A stretch of 62,554 nucleotides of DNA, the filler included, from Choristocarpus tenellus KU-1152 (Eukaryota > Protista > Phaeophyceae): assembly GCA_964200185.2 (NCBI GenBank). It is 13 parts of 13 records of this genome, joined end to end, with 100 filler letters (N's around TTAATTAATTAA, not from the genome) between each part and the next. Parts side by side here need not be neighbours in the genome. Positions count along the whole stretch, not along the records: positions 1 to 7,557 come from CAXNAD020005967.1; positions 7,658 to 10,819 come from CAXNAD020021855.1; positions 10,920 to 18,397 come from CAXNAD020006094.1; 10 more parts are not named here. One strand, given 5' to 3'. The notes under the pieces are model-generated. The model was not told the DNA's origin, did no database searches, and saw nothing but the letters and a program-made list of their open reading frames with translations. How positions within the stretch are numbered: position 1 is the stretch's first letter; each line of letters starts with the position of its first letter. Shown one piece after another: positions 1 to 12,967 of this stretch. A program made the translations under genes and the position numbers.

Positions 1-594
1 GTGCTAGAAGCGATACCTTACTGAATGGACCATCTCAACCTTTTGCTTATTCACAGGTATGTAAATCGCCACAGCCCATTAGCAAGGCTAGAGAGAACAC
101 GGCCTTGCTTGACAAGAGTACTGATACATCTATTGCATGTAACTAGTGACGAGCGCTTCACCTGCATATGAGAGAGAGAAACAGCCTGCATTGAGAGTGC
201 GTCACACGAGATAATAGGATAAGGATAACCTTGTCTTGGTAATAGAGGAAGTGAAAGTTTGAGCTCCAAAGCCAAGCCCTTTGCTCTGTTCAACAAGGAT
301 ACTCCCTGATTGGTGGATGTTAGCAATTACTGACTGTTCAGATTCAGGGTTCAGAAGGAAATCAGGACCAGCCGTATCTTTTGCTTTTCAAAAGTGTAAT
401 ACACTCAGTACGCAGCTATATCTGGTTTAGGTTTTGAGAAACAAATTTTGATGTTGATGTCACTCTTTGCTGCATCCTAGAGAAGAAAGGTGTTGGGACT
501 AGGGGTAGAATTGAAGCATGGGGGTATCTGACGATGGTTGCAATATCCATGGTTTTGCGTCTATGTTCAAAGCTGTTGCTTCTAAAACATTTTG

Positions 595-743
595 CTGACC
601 AACAGGAACTCCATGTCGTGATTTTTGGATGCTTTGGTTGCATGTTTCGGATGGGTAATGTAAGTTTACTTCTCCTGGTCAGAGTCCAAATGGACACCCT
701 TGTGTAGACCCCCCCTGCCTTCGCCCCCCAGATACTTTGGGCC
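595..743. mobile_element. Partial MITE, family B, ending in TIR CCCCCAGATACTTTGGGCC
   Basis: Closely similar to 45529-45666 and, as reverse complement, to 3073-3224 and 10975-11128; ends in the shared AGATACTTT TIR core. Confidence 0.7.
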
Positions 744-750
744 TTTCAAC

Positions 751-876
751 AGTAGTACCAACCACTCCTTAGTACTTTTTGACAATAATCATAGTAGTAA
801 CAACCACTCCTTAGTACATTTTGACAATGATCAGAGTAGTACCAACCTCTCCTTAGTACATTTTGACAATAATCAG
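751..876. repeat. 42-bp tandem repeat, 3 copies
   Basis: AGTAGTAMCAACCWCTCCTTAGTACWTTTTGACAATRATCAK three times in a row. Confidence 0.9.
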
Positions 877-2031
877 ATATTTGCAATTCACAAAAAGTGG
901 GTTATTTTGATGCTCATGTTAAGGTGAGTCATGGAACCTTTGCAAAGGACCAATGCTCACGTATGGCATAAATTGCAAGTGTTCTAGAGCAGTCTAGGTG
1001 TACACAAAGTTTGAGTTGCTAGGGAGGGCCAGCCGAAATTGATCACACGTGCAAGATCTGCTACGCAGCTGTGTGTACTCTCTATTAACTTTGGGTGAAA
1101 TGGGAGAAGTTAAGACACAGGGTGTGGTATGATTATGGCTCCATGTTATCAAGAAAGCTCTAATCTGTAACAATCTTGTTGGGCATTTCTCTTGATTACA
1201 AATCAAACAATATATTATATAACCTACACTATGATACTTCACTGTCGACATAACATATTTAATCAAAGGTTTTATGCATTTCATACTCCGTGTTCTCTGA
1301 ATAGTTTGTTGTATCCAGAGGGTGGCCATAAGTAGCGTGCCCTATATAACCAAACACTTTCAAATCACCTTTTCTTGGCATTTCGATCAATGTTATGGGC
1401 AATGCCTGTATGTATTTCGGACTGGAGTGCTATGGGACAAGATATATCTAGGTCTTCGTCTTGTGTGTTAGAGGGCACAAGATATGCTTTACGTTTGTTT
1501 TGAGCTAGGGTGAAGAACCTGCCGGCAGCCTCACCCCCTGCTCGCCGGTCCGTTCAGGAATCTCCATCCTTCAATATCACTATTNNNNNNNNNNAAGATA
1601 TGCTTTACGTTTGTTTTGAGCTAGGGTGAAGACCCCCCCCCCCCCCACCCCAGATACTTTGGGTCTTTTTGTCTCCTTGATACCCTCCACAATTCCTATT
1701 ATGGTGTACTACTATTACGAAATATTATGAACAAAAGTAAACACGGTGTACCTGCTAGGGTATGGCAAACACCATAGAATGTACCTGTGTGCACCTTTCT
1801 TACGTTGAGTCGGAAGGGGTACCCCCCTCCGTATCGTGTTGTCCATACACCCTCGAGCATTAGGCAGCAATTTAACCGTAACGTTTTTCAGCATTATTTG
1901 TTGTCCACGAGGATGTACGATTTTTCACAATAGTTGCGAGATTCTTTTATTGTTGTGTACTTGTATGAATCTGTAATCCTCCTCCAAAATAGACCTCATT
2001 CCACACTTCTACTGTTTGGTGTGCACAACAG

Positions 2032-3238
2032 CCGTTCACTTTCACCTTACGTTGTGGTACCACCACCATCACGGCTGACATATTGCCTGAAGACAAGTCG
2101 CCTTCAGCGTGGAGCTGGACCCAAAAGATTCACAAACCCGTTAACTACACTAGCCTCGATACCATACACACAGGCTTTGATGAAGCTTGGGTATATCTAC
2201 CACTCAATATTGAACATATTTTCGCCCTATATATGCGTTGGAGGTTTGTTCCGGATTCCGATATATTGTTGTTGTTGTGGACTTAAACTAAGGCTTATGT
2301 AAGCACCAGGGCGCAAGGTGAGCCCTCGTCACCTTGTTCGTCTATGCTATGCCAATGCTGAAGGGGTACATAGAGTAGGAGAGCCTTCCCTTCTCGTGAA
2401 TGCAACCCTGGTTTGGATTGGCTTGGGGCCCATGCACTAAGTGACAGAGATCGATTCATTGTCACCCTCTTGCAATGCATTCAAACATTTATTCCCCATA
2501 GATGTGTAAAAGGTTGGTCACACACAAGTTCCCGTGTACTCCAAATATTACGCAGCTTTCACATCTTCGAAGTATTACTCTCACACACACTCTTCACGCC
2601 CGGGTAGGTCTATATTATTGTCGCCATACTGTAACACCGAATCGCCAACCCTTGCAACATTTCTTGATTTTAAGATATTTTGAATTGAAAAAAGACCAAG
2701 GAAGCTACGCTGTGAGGGATACTCTATGATGTTTCCAACAATGTACAGGCCTTCAAAGGCTCGTCAACAACCAACCCATACCAGCATCTTCTCCCAAGCT
2801 TTAGGTCCCTCAAAAATCCCAGGCAAGGTAATCTGTCTTGGATGCTAGGGAGAGGAAGTACAATCTGCAATGGCACCAGGGCTGAGATGGACACAGGCTC
2901 AAAGTAACTGGGGGGGGGGGGGGGGGGGGGCCAACACCAGGGAGATTTGTGCCCGCTTTTGACAAAACGATTATAAATATTTTTCGACACACCNNNNNNN
3001 NNNAATGAACACAGGAGAGGGGGAGGGAAGAAGAGAGAGAACACAGGAGGGTGGGGGGGGGGGCGGGGGGAGGGGGGTCTACACCAGGGTGATTCGGTCC
3101 CTGATCAGGAAAAGTGCACTTAAATTATCCATCCGACGCATGCAACAAAATCACCCAAAAATCATGACATGGAAAAATGAACCCTGAATGGGCAGCCATC
3201 ACCCTCCCCCAGATACTTTGAGTCATAGTATTGGTTCG

Positions 3239-3282
<44 letters not shown>

Positions 3283-4896
3283 GTGCTTCTGATTCTAAAC
3301 CCATGAACCTCTTGTTTTCTATCTCATTGATCCGCCGCCAATATAGTGTCGTTACTGTTCTAAATCCTGACGTGTATCATATTGCTCAACTGATAGACAC
3401 ACTCTTACTCTTATTGTTGTTGTTTGTGTATGTGTACATATTTGTTAAACGTTTGATGGGCGGTGCAAGGGTGCATATTTCAATTGTTTCTTTTACAATG
3501 TTATGTGCTTTTCTCACCCTCTTGACAAGACAATGACCCCCCTGGCTAGCCAATATTACCTTCCACCAATGGGTGACATACACCTATGCCTCCAATGTCA
3601 AGTTTTGTAAATGGGCGTCCAGAGAGGTGGTGAGGATTGCTGTCATCCTCCCAACTGGCCTTCAGGTGAGTCTCTACATGCTAGACTCTCTGCAAAGATG
3701 GCGCACCACAAGAGTATTATTTTGAGTACATGGTTGATGCGGTAGTATATTACTGTGAATGGACTCATAATAGGTTAGTATGTCCCTGGACAATGGTGCC
3801 ATGAAGGAGGCTTTACAGGAGATAAAACCATACTACAAGTAATTAAATTTATACATACTCCAGAGCGTATGTAATTAAGGCGATCCTGCACGTAACACCA
3901 TTCTCCAACATCAATTCACTATCTTATCAAGCCCCACACACCCCTTCCTACCTGGGCACTTGGTTAATCCACAAGTATCAATTTCAGCCAACCTCCTCAA
4001 TATTGTAGGCAAAATGAGGCACCTTGTGGATAAAGCCTTCAGAAAGGCTGGGCATGCCAGAACAGGGCATGTGTCAGGATGCAGACGGTCACTGATCAAC
4101 AATGGGAGAGAGCTTCCTGACACTCAGGTCCTTTGGTACTGTGATAGAAGGGATCGAAGCAACCTTATCATTAGCTACCGCTGGTAAGAGAACAGACTTT
4201 GCATTCTTGATGTCTGAGGGCAATCAAACCACTAGTAGAGTGAGAAAAAGACTAGCACCATTGCTAGTGATTTCGTTAGAGGGGGAGGAAAGTGACTCCA
4301 TCTGGTCACCTCATGATGAGGTTGTGGCTAGTCAAGGTGCCCGAAAAAGGTACACATCTCATCTTGGAACACTGACAAAGAGGATCGACTTTGGATAGTT
4401 ATCTATCCAGCATGTGTCTCTGCTCCTTAGGTTGAACAGTCAATAACACACTTTTGAAGTAGTGCTACAGGCACAATATGAACAACCCTATGGCAATCTC
4501 TCGATACCCCTTACCCACAATTGCAACATCACTAGATGTACATCACCTCCTGAGCTATCCTTTCTTAGAGGGGGATGTCGTTGAGTATTTGGGGTCCTTC
4601 CGACTCCCTTCTGGTGCATGTGCTTCCACCACCCTGAAGAGCAATTTTGCACTCGGGTGGACAAACGTTTTGTCTCCTCATCTACAGCCACGACCTCCTA
4701 CAAGGGGAGTCAAATACATTTCAGCTATGGGAATGGGGTGTCAGATGGGAGGTTGAAGTTAAAAAATTTCAGAATTGACCAAAATGGACTCCCCTCTTTT
4801 ACAGAGTGGCTCACTTATGATATGGATCATTTCTTTAGTACCCAGGCACAGTATTGGAACATAGACATTTCTGACACTGAGATGCTTGGTGTGTGA
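2032..4896 (+). CDS. Putative spliced gene of unknown function (3' part)
   Basis: Open segments with plausible AG/GT boundaries at ~2032-2190 (PFTFTLRCG...GFDEAW), ~2720-2825, ~3530-3665 (NDPPWLANITF...PTGLQ|gtgagt) and ~4689-4896 (…WNIDISDTEMLGV*). No domain recognised. Confidence 0.35.
2896..3224. mobile_element. MITE family B/C ends spanning a gap
   Basis: GGCTCAAAGTAACTGGGGG at 2896 and CCCCCAGATACTTTGAGTC ending at 3224; the body 3073-3224 matches 10975-11128. Confidence 0.7.
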
Positions 4897-5262
4897 TGCC
4901 CTGGGTATTGGAGGGCAGGAAGGTAAGCTTGTATACGCCTATTGGAGTAGGGGTTGTTGCAATGGAGTGTATCACATCATCATTTCCAGTTACCAAACAA
5001 ATCGATTTCTACTATGTACCGGTACAACACACTAAGGATCATCCATAACTATTCCTTCACCCATCATCCTACTTGTTATAAAAGGCATAGTGTCAGTATT
5101 TGCAAATTACATGCGATCTTACTCAAAGGGTGTCCAACGAATACATGTAGGAGAAAGTGCACCAGTACTAAAGCAGCTATGGCTCCATCTCCTGCTAGTG
5201 TGTCACCCCTTGTTGCAGTCTCATGCTGTTGCCTCTGAGTTTGTCGCACACTAAAGGTTGAG

Positions 5263-7527
5263 TTACCTCCTTGATGTGCTGTCATCTCCCTCCGTGAGAC
5301 ACAATACAACATACCAAGGCCCGCACCCTACTGTGGAAGCCCTCCACTTTGAGTCTCCACTCCCTTTGCTTGCATGGACACTGTTGACACTGTCCTTGGG
5401 AAGTCCAACTGCGTTCTTCATTGCGACCCTCCCCCCCCCTCCTCCTTTACAAGGATGCAACTCTTCACCCTCCATCATGCTGAGATTGGCAAGCCGCCTC
5501 AAGTCCACTTCAAATGGTGGCATCTGCGCCCCCCCCCTACCTGCTTCCCGTTCACCACCCAGTCCGCTCGATTCAATTGGGGAAATCTTTCCCCACACGA
5601 ACACCCGACCCTCCTGGGACAGTGCCAGAGTGTACCGAGCACCACAGCCTGTCCACACCAATTGGTCACTCAACTCAGGGTCAAGGAGACTGCTGAGCCC
5701 CTTTGCAAGTCCAGGATAAGGGGAAATCTCTGAGTCCAAGCTTATCTGACTGGACTCCATTACCTTCTCTTTTTCTTTATTGAGTGGGACAAGATCGTTG
5801 TTTGAAGCAAGGATGGCATCATGCCCCATGGTATGGAGTGCCTCCCTACCAGAAGAAACGATAGTAGGAGGGGTAAGACTGGAGGAGGCTGCCGGGGATG
5901 GGACAATGTGTTGACCAAGAGCCCTTTTGAGCGCGGTGGTGGTGGAGGAAAGAGAGAGGACAACAATAAAGGGGTTAAGACTTGAATTGGTATTCTTTTG
6001 AGTCTTCTTCGGGTGGGCTAGAGAGGACCGGTGCCAGGGACTGACCACCTGTTACAAATGCCTGTCCTCGGCATACCACTTCACTGTTGGCATTGTGCGC
6101 TAGAAGAGAGTGGGGGGTGTCCAACACAACACCGGCATACTAAGAGGAAAAGTGGTCGATCCTGTTCACAATGTCACCACGTGCATTGCTTCTACAAACA
6201 GTTCCCAATAGATGCCTGATTCACCGTTGCAAATCACCTCTGAAGTCAGCACATAGGAGTGTGGAAGGGACTGAAAACATGTAAGAGCTTTAGCCTTAGA
6301 AACTGATTGAAGATTGACTACTGTCTGTTGACTGACCCGAATCGAGTCCACCCCCATGTGTACAGGTCCCCGGTGGTGGACACAGCTGCAGTGTGCCAGG
6401 AACCACAAGCAACAGAGCACATTCCAGTGAACCTGCCATCCGGGAGCATAGTACCAACCCCTTCCAAGGCATTTACTAGTGTTGGAACCCATGCCCTTTC
6501 CCCAACCATGCCAATGCCCAACTAATAGGGAGGAAGGGGTGGCGTGGAGCTTTGAGGGACGATGAGGGTGAACGTGTGGGTTGAAATTCCTGACCGGTTG
6601 GGATGTTTACTCTGGATCTGCACCCAGTCAAGGGTATGAGTGCCTTCTTGTTTGCACAACAACAGGTAGCAATAGAAAGACACAACAGCAAGGGATTGCA
6701 ATTGCTATGTTTCTTCCTACACATATGTCACAAGTTCATTGGGGAGTTGGAAACCTTTGGTCCTGGGAATGGTGAAAATATAAATCAGCACAACCCCATG
6801 CTTACCACGCACACTCCTTAGCACGTTACTGTCAGGTCTCAATTTTTTCTTTACCATCACTCTATGATGGGGATACAGAACAAAAAATGTGGGTCAGCTA
6901 TTCTTCCAGCACACAACAGCAGCAAAGGAGGTTTTAATACATATAATCTCTATCAGCTTTGATCCATGCATAACTCAGATAGAAAGACGAAAATATGCCC
7001 ACTGGGGACAGGGAGGTCGTGTTTATTGAGTTCACCTGCCCGTGTAGTCCACTCCCGAAAGTGAACACCTGCCCATCGTCACTCAGCAGTGCTGAATGGT
7101 CCCTCCCGCATGTAGCACCAGATATCACCAACGACCGTAGACTAACTACCCCACAAACCTTTCCTCTGTTCGACAAGTCGACTTCTGTAGGACAGCAGCT
7201 CCCTTGCCACTTCCTCTCGACTTTGCTGAGGTCGCCAATGCCGAGTTGACCGCAGTCCCCTCTCCCCCAGGCCCAAACTTTCAAGCCACCCCTTTCGACG
7301 ACCACCACATGATCATCACCAGCTGCTACGATACTAACCTGTGAACCACGTTCGCCCAGCGGACCATGTACCCAATTAGGCCTGGACTCATTGCTATCGC
7401 ACCCTGCTAAATTACTTCCACGTTTGTTCGATACCCCGCCAGGAGAACAGGACCAACAGACACCACAGTTCCCCCTCCCCCTTGCTCGATTGTCGCCCCC
7501 ACCTCCCCAGCTTCTAACCCCACCCAC
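5263..7527 (-). CDS. RCC1-repeat (beta-propeller) protein, spliced, 5' end missing
   Basis: RCC1 motifs VAAGDDHVVV, WAWGRGDCGQLG, TCGRDHSALLSDDGQVFTFGSGLHGQ, VACGSWHTAAVSTTGDLYTWG, GCGARYTLALSQEGRVFVWG. Confidence 0.85.
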
Positions 7528-7557
7528 TGCACCAGCTGCGACAACAAAATGTGAACC

Positions 7558-7657
7558 NNNNNNNNNNNNNNNNNNNNNNNNNNNNNNNNNNNNNNNNNNN
7601 NTTAATTAATTAANNNNNNNNNNNNNNNNNNNNNNNNNNNNNNNNNNNNNNNNNNNN
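7558..7657. other. Artificial scaffold linker N-TTAATTAATTAA-N (first of 12)
   Basis: Same 100-bp spacer also at 10820, 18398, 21035, 25305, 30534, 33152, 37131, 45429, 50775, 55408 and 58924; the core gives stops in all six frames. Confidence 0.97.
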
Positions 7658-9238
7658 TCTTGAGTGTGTCACATCATGGAACTGTTCTGTGTGGATAAGT
7701 GTTTGGGAGGGGCTCCCCTCCCCCCCCCCCTGCCTCCCTGAGGCTTTTGTGGGAACAGAGACGCTAAGTCTGTCCTAATGGTTTGTGTAGGAAGTAGTGT
7801 TGTTTATGTCAACCTGGATGCAAAAGTGGAAAAGGCGTGTCACTTCTTTCTTTTGATGCATTCATGCACCTTCAAAATATATTATTTTTTTGGTGTGTCA
7901 TTTGTTTTAAAAAAAAAATGCTTTTAGTTAAAAATAGATGTGCTTGGGGACTGGATTATTGAACAGTTGGTATAGGTGTGGATGGATAGATGCATGTGAG
8001 GTTTGGTAGGGTATGGAATTCAATGAGATTGGAAAACCCATAGAACTTTTAAAATAAAATTGTTTGTCGCTGTCAGCATGGGTTGAAATAAATAAATGAT
8101 CAGATGCATGATTTGTGTATGTGCAACTATCAATGGATGATATTTTTGATTTGTGGTTGGTATATTGATGCGGTAGAACAACTCACACAAAGTTGGGGCT
8201 AATTTGGGGATTTCCACTAGAATGTGTGTGGCGTTATGCTGGTACTATGTGATACTTCTTCTGTTGAGCAACATTTTGATGATGCAGGCTATGTGTATAT
8301 GCACAAGATGATCTTGTATTAGTTTGTTACATTTTTTGTGCAAGCCTTGCCAACACTCAATAATGAGGTTACTCAATACTACCCTAAATTGTCAACAAAA
8401 TTTGACTTATGTCTACACATTTTACACTGCCTATGGTGAAGCCGCAAGAAACACCTTTCTGCTGTACTATGTACGCTGTTTGAAGAGACTGTTGGTGTTT
8501 ACAGAAGAGGTACAGTACAATGTATTCAAAGATAATAGTTGAATCGAAATATCATGAGCTATTGTACTCAGTCGTGTGTCATCTTCTTTTGTTGAATGAA
8601 GCTGTTTTCTGTAGTTTGTGTACTAGAATAAGATAAACAAATTGGTAGGTCTTAGAGCCAGGTTTTGTTCATGTTTGAAGGGAGGTAGAAGGTGAAGACC
8701 AGATTATGTTTGAAGTGGGAGTTGTGTATGCCCCACTATATGTTGAAACCTGAAATTGGACATGGTTCTGATTGCTGAGATCAAAGGAAGAGGTGATGCG
8801 ATGTGATTTGAAGTATTTTTGCTCTGTTTGAATTAGTTTTTTTTTCTGCAATGGACTGCCAAGCTCTAGATCTACCTCCTCCAAGTCCCCCTCTGTTATC
8901 TCAGCATGCTAGGTCTTGGCAAGGTACAATCTGTGGGAACTTTGCTAAGGTTTTTAATTCCCCTGACAAGAAATGAAGTGAACTTTGAACTCTTTGTATC
9001 TTCATGAGAAAAATACTGTGCTTGGCAAATGGATTCCTCCTTGTATTATCTCCATCTTGCATATAAGAGTAAAGCTTGTTCATTTCTCTGCATTTTTTTT
9101 GTGTGTAAATGCCCTGACTTCACCACACACCACCCAGGAAATTTCATGCAAGGCACGTAACATGTAGAATAGCTCTGCATTAATTTAAAAGCTTGTGTAC
9201 TAAAAGCTTGTGTACTCATCGAAAAACGCCTTGCAAAG

Positions 9239-10292
9239 GTGGTGGAGTCGCTTCCTTACAATGAGAAGGTGGATGTGTATGCCTTTGGACTACTCCTTTG
9301 GGAGATGCTGGAGTACCGGAGAGTGTTTGATGGTATGGGTGTGTCAGACTTCTATCAGAGGGTGGTCAATGGGGGGGCGAGGCCCCCACTGGACCCTTCT
9401 TGGCCACAGGTAGGACTTGTGTTTTTTTGTTTGTGAATGAACATATATGAACATACATATGCGTGCGTAAGGATTGTGTTTTTTTGATTGTGAGTAACAT
9501 ATATATGTGTATGTAAGGGTTGTGATTTTTGCTTACTTGAATTGGAGGTATAGGGCGGTAATAGCCTAGTCTTTGTGTTGATGTGTAGTGTGCAAGTACG
9601 TGCTTCTGAACAGTAGCACTTTTATGTTCTGCTCTGATTGGATCTGATTGGTATTGATGTGTTGTTAAGTCTTAAGCTGTTCTTCGATGAGATATCATTC
9701 CCCGGGCCTGGTGTTGACATCAAATAGTACTATTACAAGGGGTGTTGTACAGGAATTTACTGTCATATATTTGTATTTTGTTTCTTTAGTTTAATTTTTT
9801 TATGTTCCTTTGTGGAACCGTAGTGTCACATCCACTCACCACCCCCTAGAAGCATTCATCTCCCCCTCCCCCATCATCAAGGCCAAGCATGATACCTCAC
9901 TTTTGCCATACTTGTCAACACCAATGTACAACTATATATATACATATATCCCACACTGCCGTATACATAGATTGCTTGAATGAATTGGTGTTCTGTTCTA
10001 TTCTATTCTATTCTATACTGTTCTATTTTGTTCTATTGCCTGACAGGACCTACGCAAGTTGATCACGCAGTGTTGGCATGCAGACGTCGACCGTCGACCC
10101 AACTTTAAGGTTATCACAGAACGCCTCTCCGCCCTGTACAATGGAGAGAAGCACTCATCAAAGCTGTGCCTTAGTGCGCTGAATGTTACGGAGGATGAAA
10201 CGGGAAGGCTTCATGGGGGTGAGAAAGAGGGTACTGTACCCTTGAAGTGTTTTGTGATTAGGGCGAGGATGGGTGCGTCGATGGAAAGATGA
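9239..10292 (+). CDS. Protein kinase (TKL-like), last two exons 9239-9409 and 10047-10292
   Basis: Subdomains IX-XI: YNEKVDVYAFGLLLWEM, RPPLDPSWP, LITQCWHADVDRRPNF; canonical splice sites. Confidence 0.9.
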
Positions 10293-10944
10293 GGAACGAT
10301 CTTGGCACTCTCTTTTTTGTTTGTTTGAATTTTTTTAATAGTTGTGTCTCATCATGTGTAGTGCATGTGCTACGATGGCTCCTTGATGGAACCACTACTG
10401 TGCCTTTTAGTATGCTCTAGGTTTAGGTTTGTCAAGGTAAAGTGGTGTTTTGGATTGGGTTGTGGTACAGTTTTCAATTTGGTGTGTCAGTGCGAGACAC
10501 TATTGATGGTGTGTGCCAAATGAATTCATCTCTTTGAGTAAAATGTCATAACATTGTACCACTTTGTTTAACCTCCATTTTCCTCCAATTATTTCTTGAC
10601 CAATGGGAAAATGGGAGGTACTTACTCATTTGGCGGCTTGTCACGCTGCCAAAGAGGCCCCATTTATACCTCTGGTTAAATGGGTTTTAATCAAATAGGT
10701 TGGAGATAACCACTATAAGAAGAATCTATAATGATTAAAAAAAAAATGCCATCTACCAAGTAATTACTCTATCGTGCTTTTAAGTATTCTGGAAGTGATG
10801 AGAGGGGGAGGGGGGGGGGNNNNNNNNNNNNNNNNNNNNNNNNNNNNNNNNNNNNNNNNNNNNTTAATTAATTAANNNNNNNNNNNNNNNNNNNNNNNNN
10901 NNNNNNNNNNNNNNNNNNNCTCAATATCCAGTAGAGGGAAAAGA

Positions 10945-10974
<30 letters not shown>

Positions 10975-10975
<1 letters not shown>

Positions 10976-11128
10976 GCTCTACTCCAGGGTGTCCGTTGGA
11001 TCAAACCAGGAAAAGTGCACTAACATTATCCATCCGACATAATATGCAACCAAATCAACCAAAAATCACGACATGAAAAAATTGACCCCAAATGGACAGC
11101 CGCCCACACCCCCCAGATACTTTGAGTC
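10975..11128. mobile_element. MITE family B copy (poly-G to TIR)
   Basis: Similar to 3073-3224; ends CCCCCAGATACTTTGAGTC. Confidence 0.75.
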
Positions 11129-12967
11129 CGATATTCAAATATAAAAAGTGTGCGGAGAGGTATCTTTCCCATTTACGACAACTTACTTTTACAGGGGTCC
11201 TTGTGATGTTGGTTTGGGTTCTTCCGCAGCACATCTGTAGAACGCCAGAGGGTATAGTAGCATATATACCGATATTTGTCGTAACACTCAACCATCGATG
11301 AAATGTGTACAAATAGTTGTACTTACCTCTTTTCTCCTGCCTGCTATAGAGGAACAAACGGTTCCCTCGCAACTATGAATATATTTGAATTCTCCGCATC
11401 AATCTTCCCTCGTGACCACAGGTTGTGCAAATCATTGTGTTGTCGTCAACATTTGATTATGTTATCGGAAGAATTATCCCACATGACTAGAAGAAATATA
11501 TGAATAGATATTCCACACTTCCTCGCCTACCTTCATAGGGCTAAGTCAGGTTAGAGGCAAATTAGTAGCACACACAACAGTATACCCTATAGAAACGAAG
11601 GGTGCGTCAGAGGTACACCTTGGAGTGAAAAGTAACCATCACACAGAAAATGAACCGACACAGGCAATGCAAGCATGTGGTTGGTGGCGCAATGAGCTTC
11701 ACGACCCAGTGGCATTCCAAGGAAGCTATTTGTGATAACTGTTCATCATTATAAAGCAGTATCTAAGGCAGCCCCAAGCAACCGCCACCACTGCCTACTG
11801 AATGCTGCCCTTCTCATCGGTTTTAAGTTATTTTGTACTCCTTCACTCTACCTTTGACCTCTAAGACTCAGGGAGCTGCTATATCCTTACCTATGTTGAA
11901 GTCATCCACATACTCAGCAGTAATGTTGTGGCTTTCAATTCTCAGCAGCATGCAAACGCTTAAGGTTTTCGTCCCAGGAGTTCTTGGTTCATACGAAGTG
12001 AAGTAGTATGTCCTTACCACTTCTAGCGACTGAGTTAGATTCTTACATATCTCCAGTGAGTGAAAAAAAATAAATCAAAATGGTCTTAAAACAAGGTATT
12101 TATGAGACAACGGCATTCCTACTCCTACTATTATTACAACTACGAGTGTAAACAGTGGTGATTCTACCTGCTGCGCTAGAAAAAATGCTTTAAAGCCTCA
12201 TGCACGAACACACACAAAATACAATAGAAACAGAGGCAATGCTCTACAATGGGAAACAGGTCAAATTTAGTAGTTTCGATAAGTAAAAGGTAAACACAGC
12301 CCAGTACAATCAATAAAAGGACACAATCTCCCTATGCACACGGTTGGATTTCCTCCAACCTGGGGAAAATGTACAACCATTAGAAGTTTACGCGCAGTAT
12401 TGCAGCCTGTAACACAAACATGAACAGTTGCCTGTTCCATCTGACATAGACACTACTAGAAAACCGTAGTTCTTCCACAAAACAGTTTACAGGCTTGCTT
12501 GTCACTGTCTAGAGAGAAGCTCAACATAAACCTCCATATAAATCCACACACATTCCCCCAAGTTCTCCTGAACCTAAGTCTCAACACCTGGCACCAAGTA
12601 TTCGGAGTGCAGATCTCATTCATGCACACACCAAATAAAGGAACGGTCTGCTTCAAAATAGCACTGTATCCCTGAAGCTTGCATGCAGTTTCTCGCTGCT
12701 TAGAGTACTAAACCGTTTTACTCCACCTGATGCAAAAATTTGTTCACCCCATCTTTGAGTGACGACTCATTCATACTGCAGTTTTACTCTGAAGGTTTAA
12801 ACAAAGTAATTTTCAATGTTACACGTCAGGTTGCAATTACAACCCACTCGACACATACAAGATCTTCAGCATACATTACTCCTCAAGGTATACGTTCTCA
12901 ACACACCCATGAAAAATTCTACTCAATCCCGGACGTGGTCAATTCTTGAGCAAGCTAAGACCTTTCC

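Noticed and set aside
751-876. 42-bp repeats (and the 23-bp array at 18264) as CRISPR
   Set aside because: Head-to-tail repeats with no unique spacers and no cas genes, in a eukaryotic context.
1479-1632. 38-bp direct duplication either side of a short N gap
   Set aside because: Most likely a scaffolding overlap or allelic artefact at a MITE poly-C tract.
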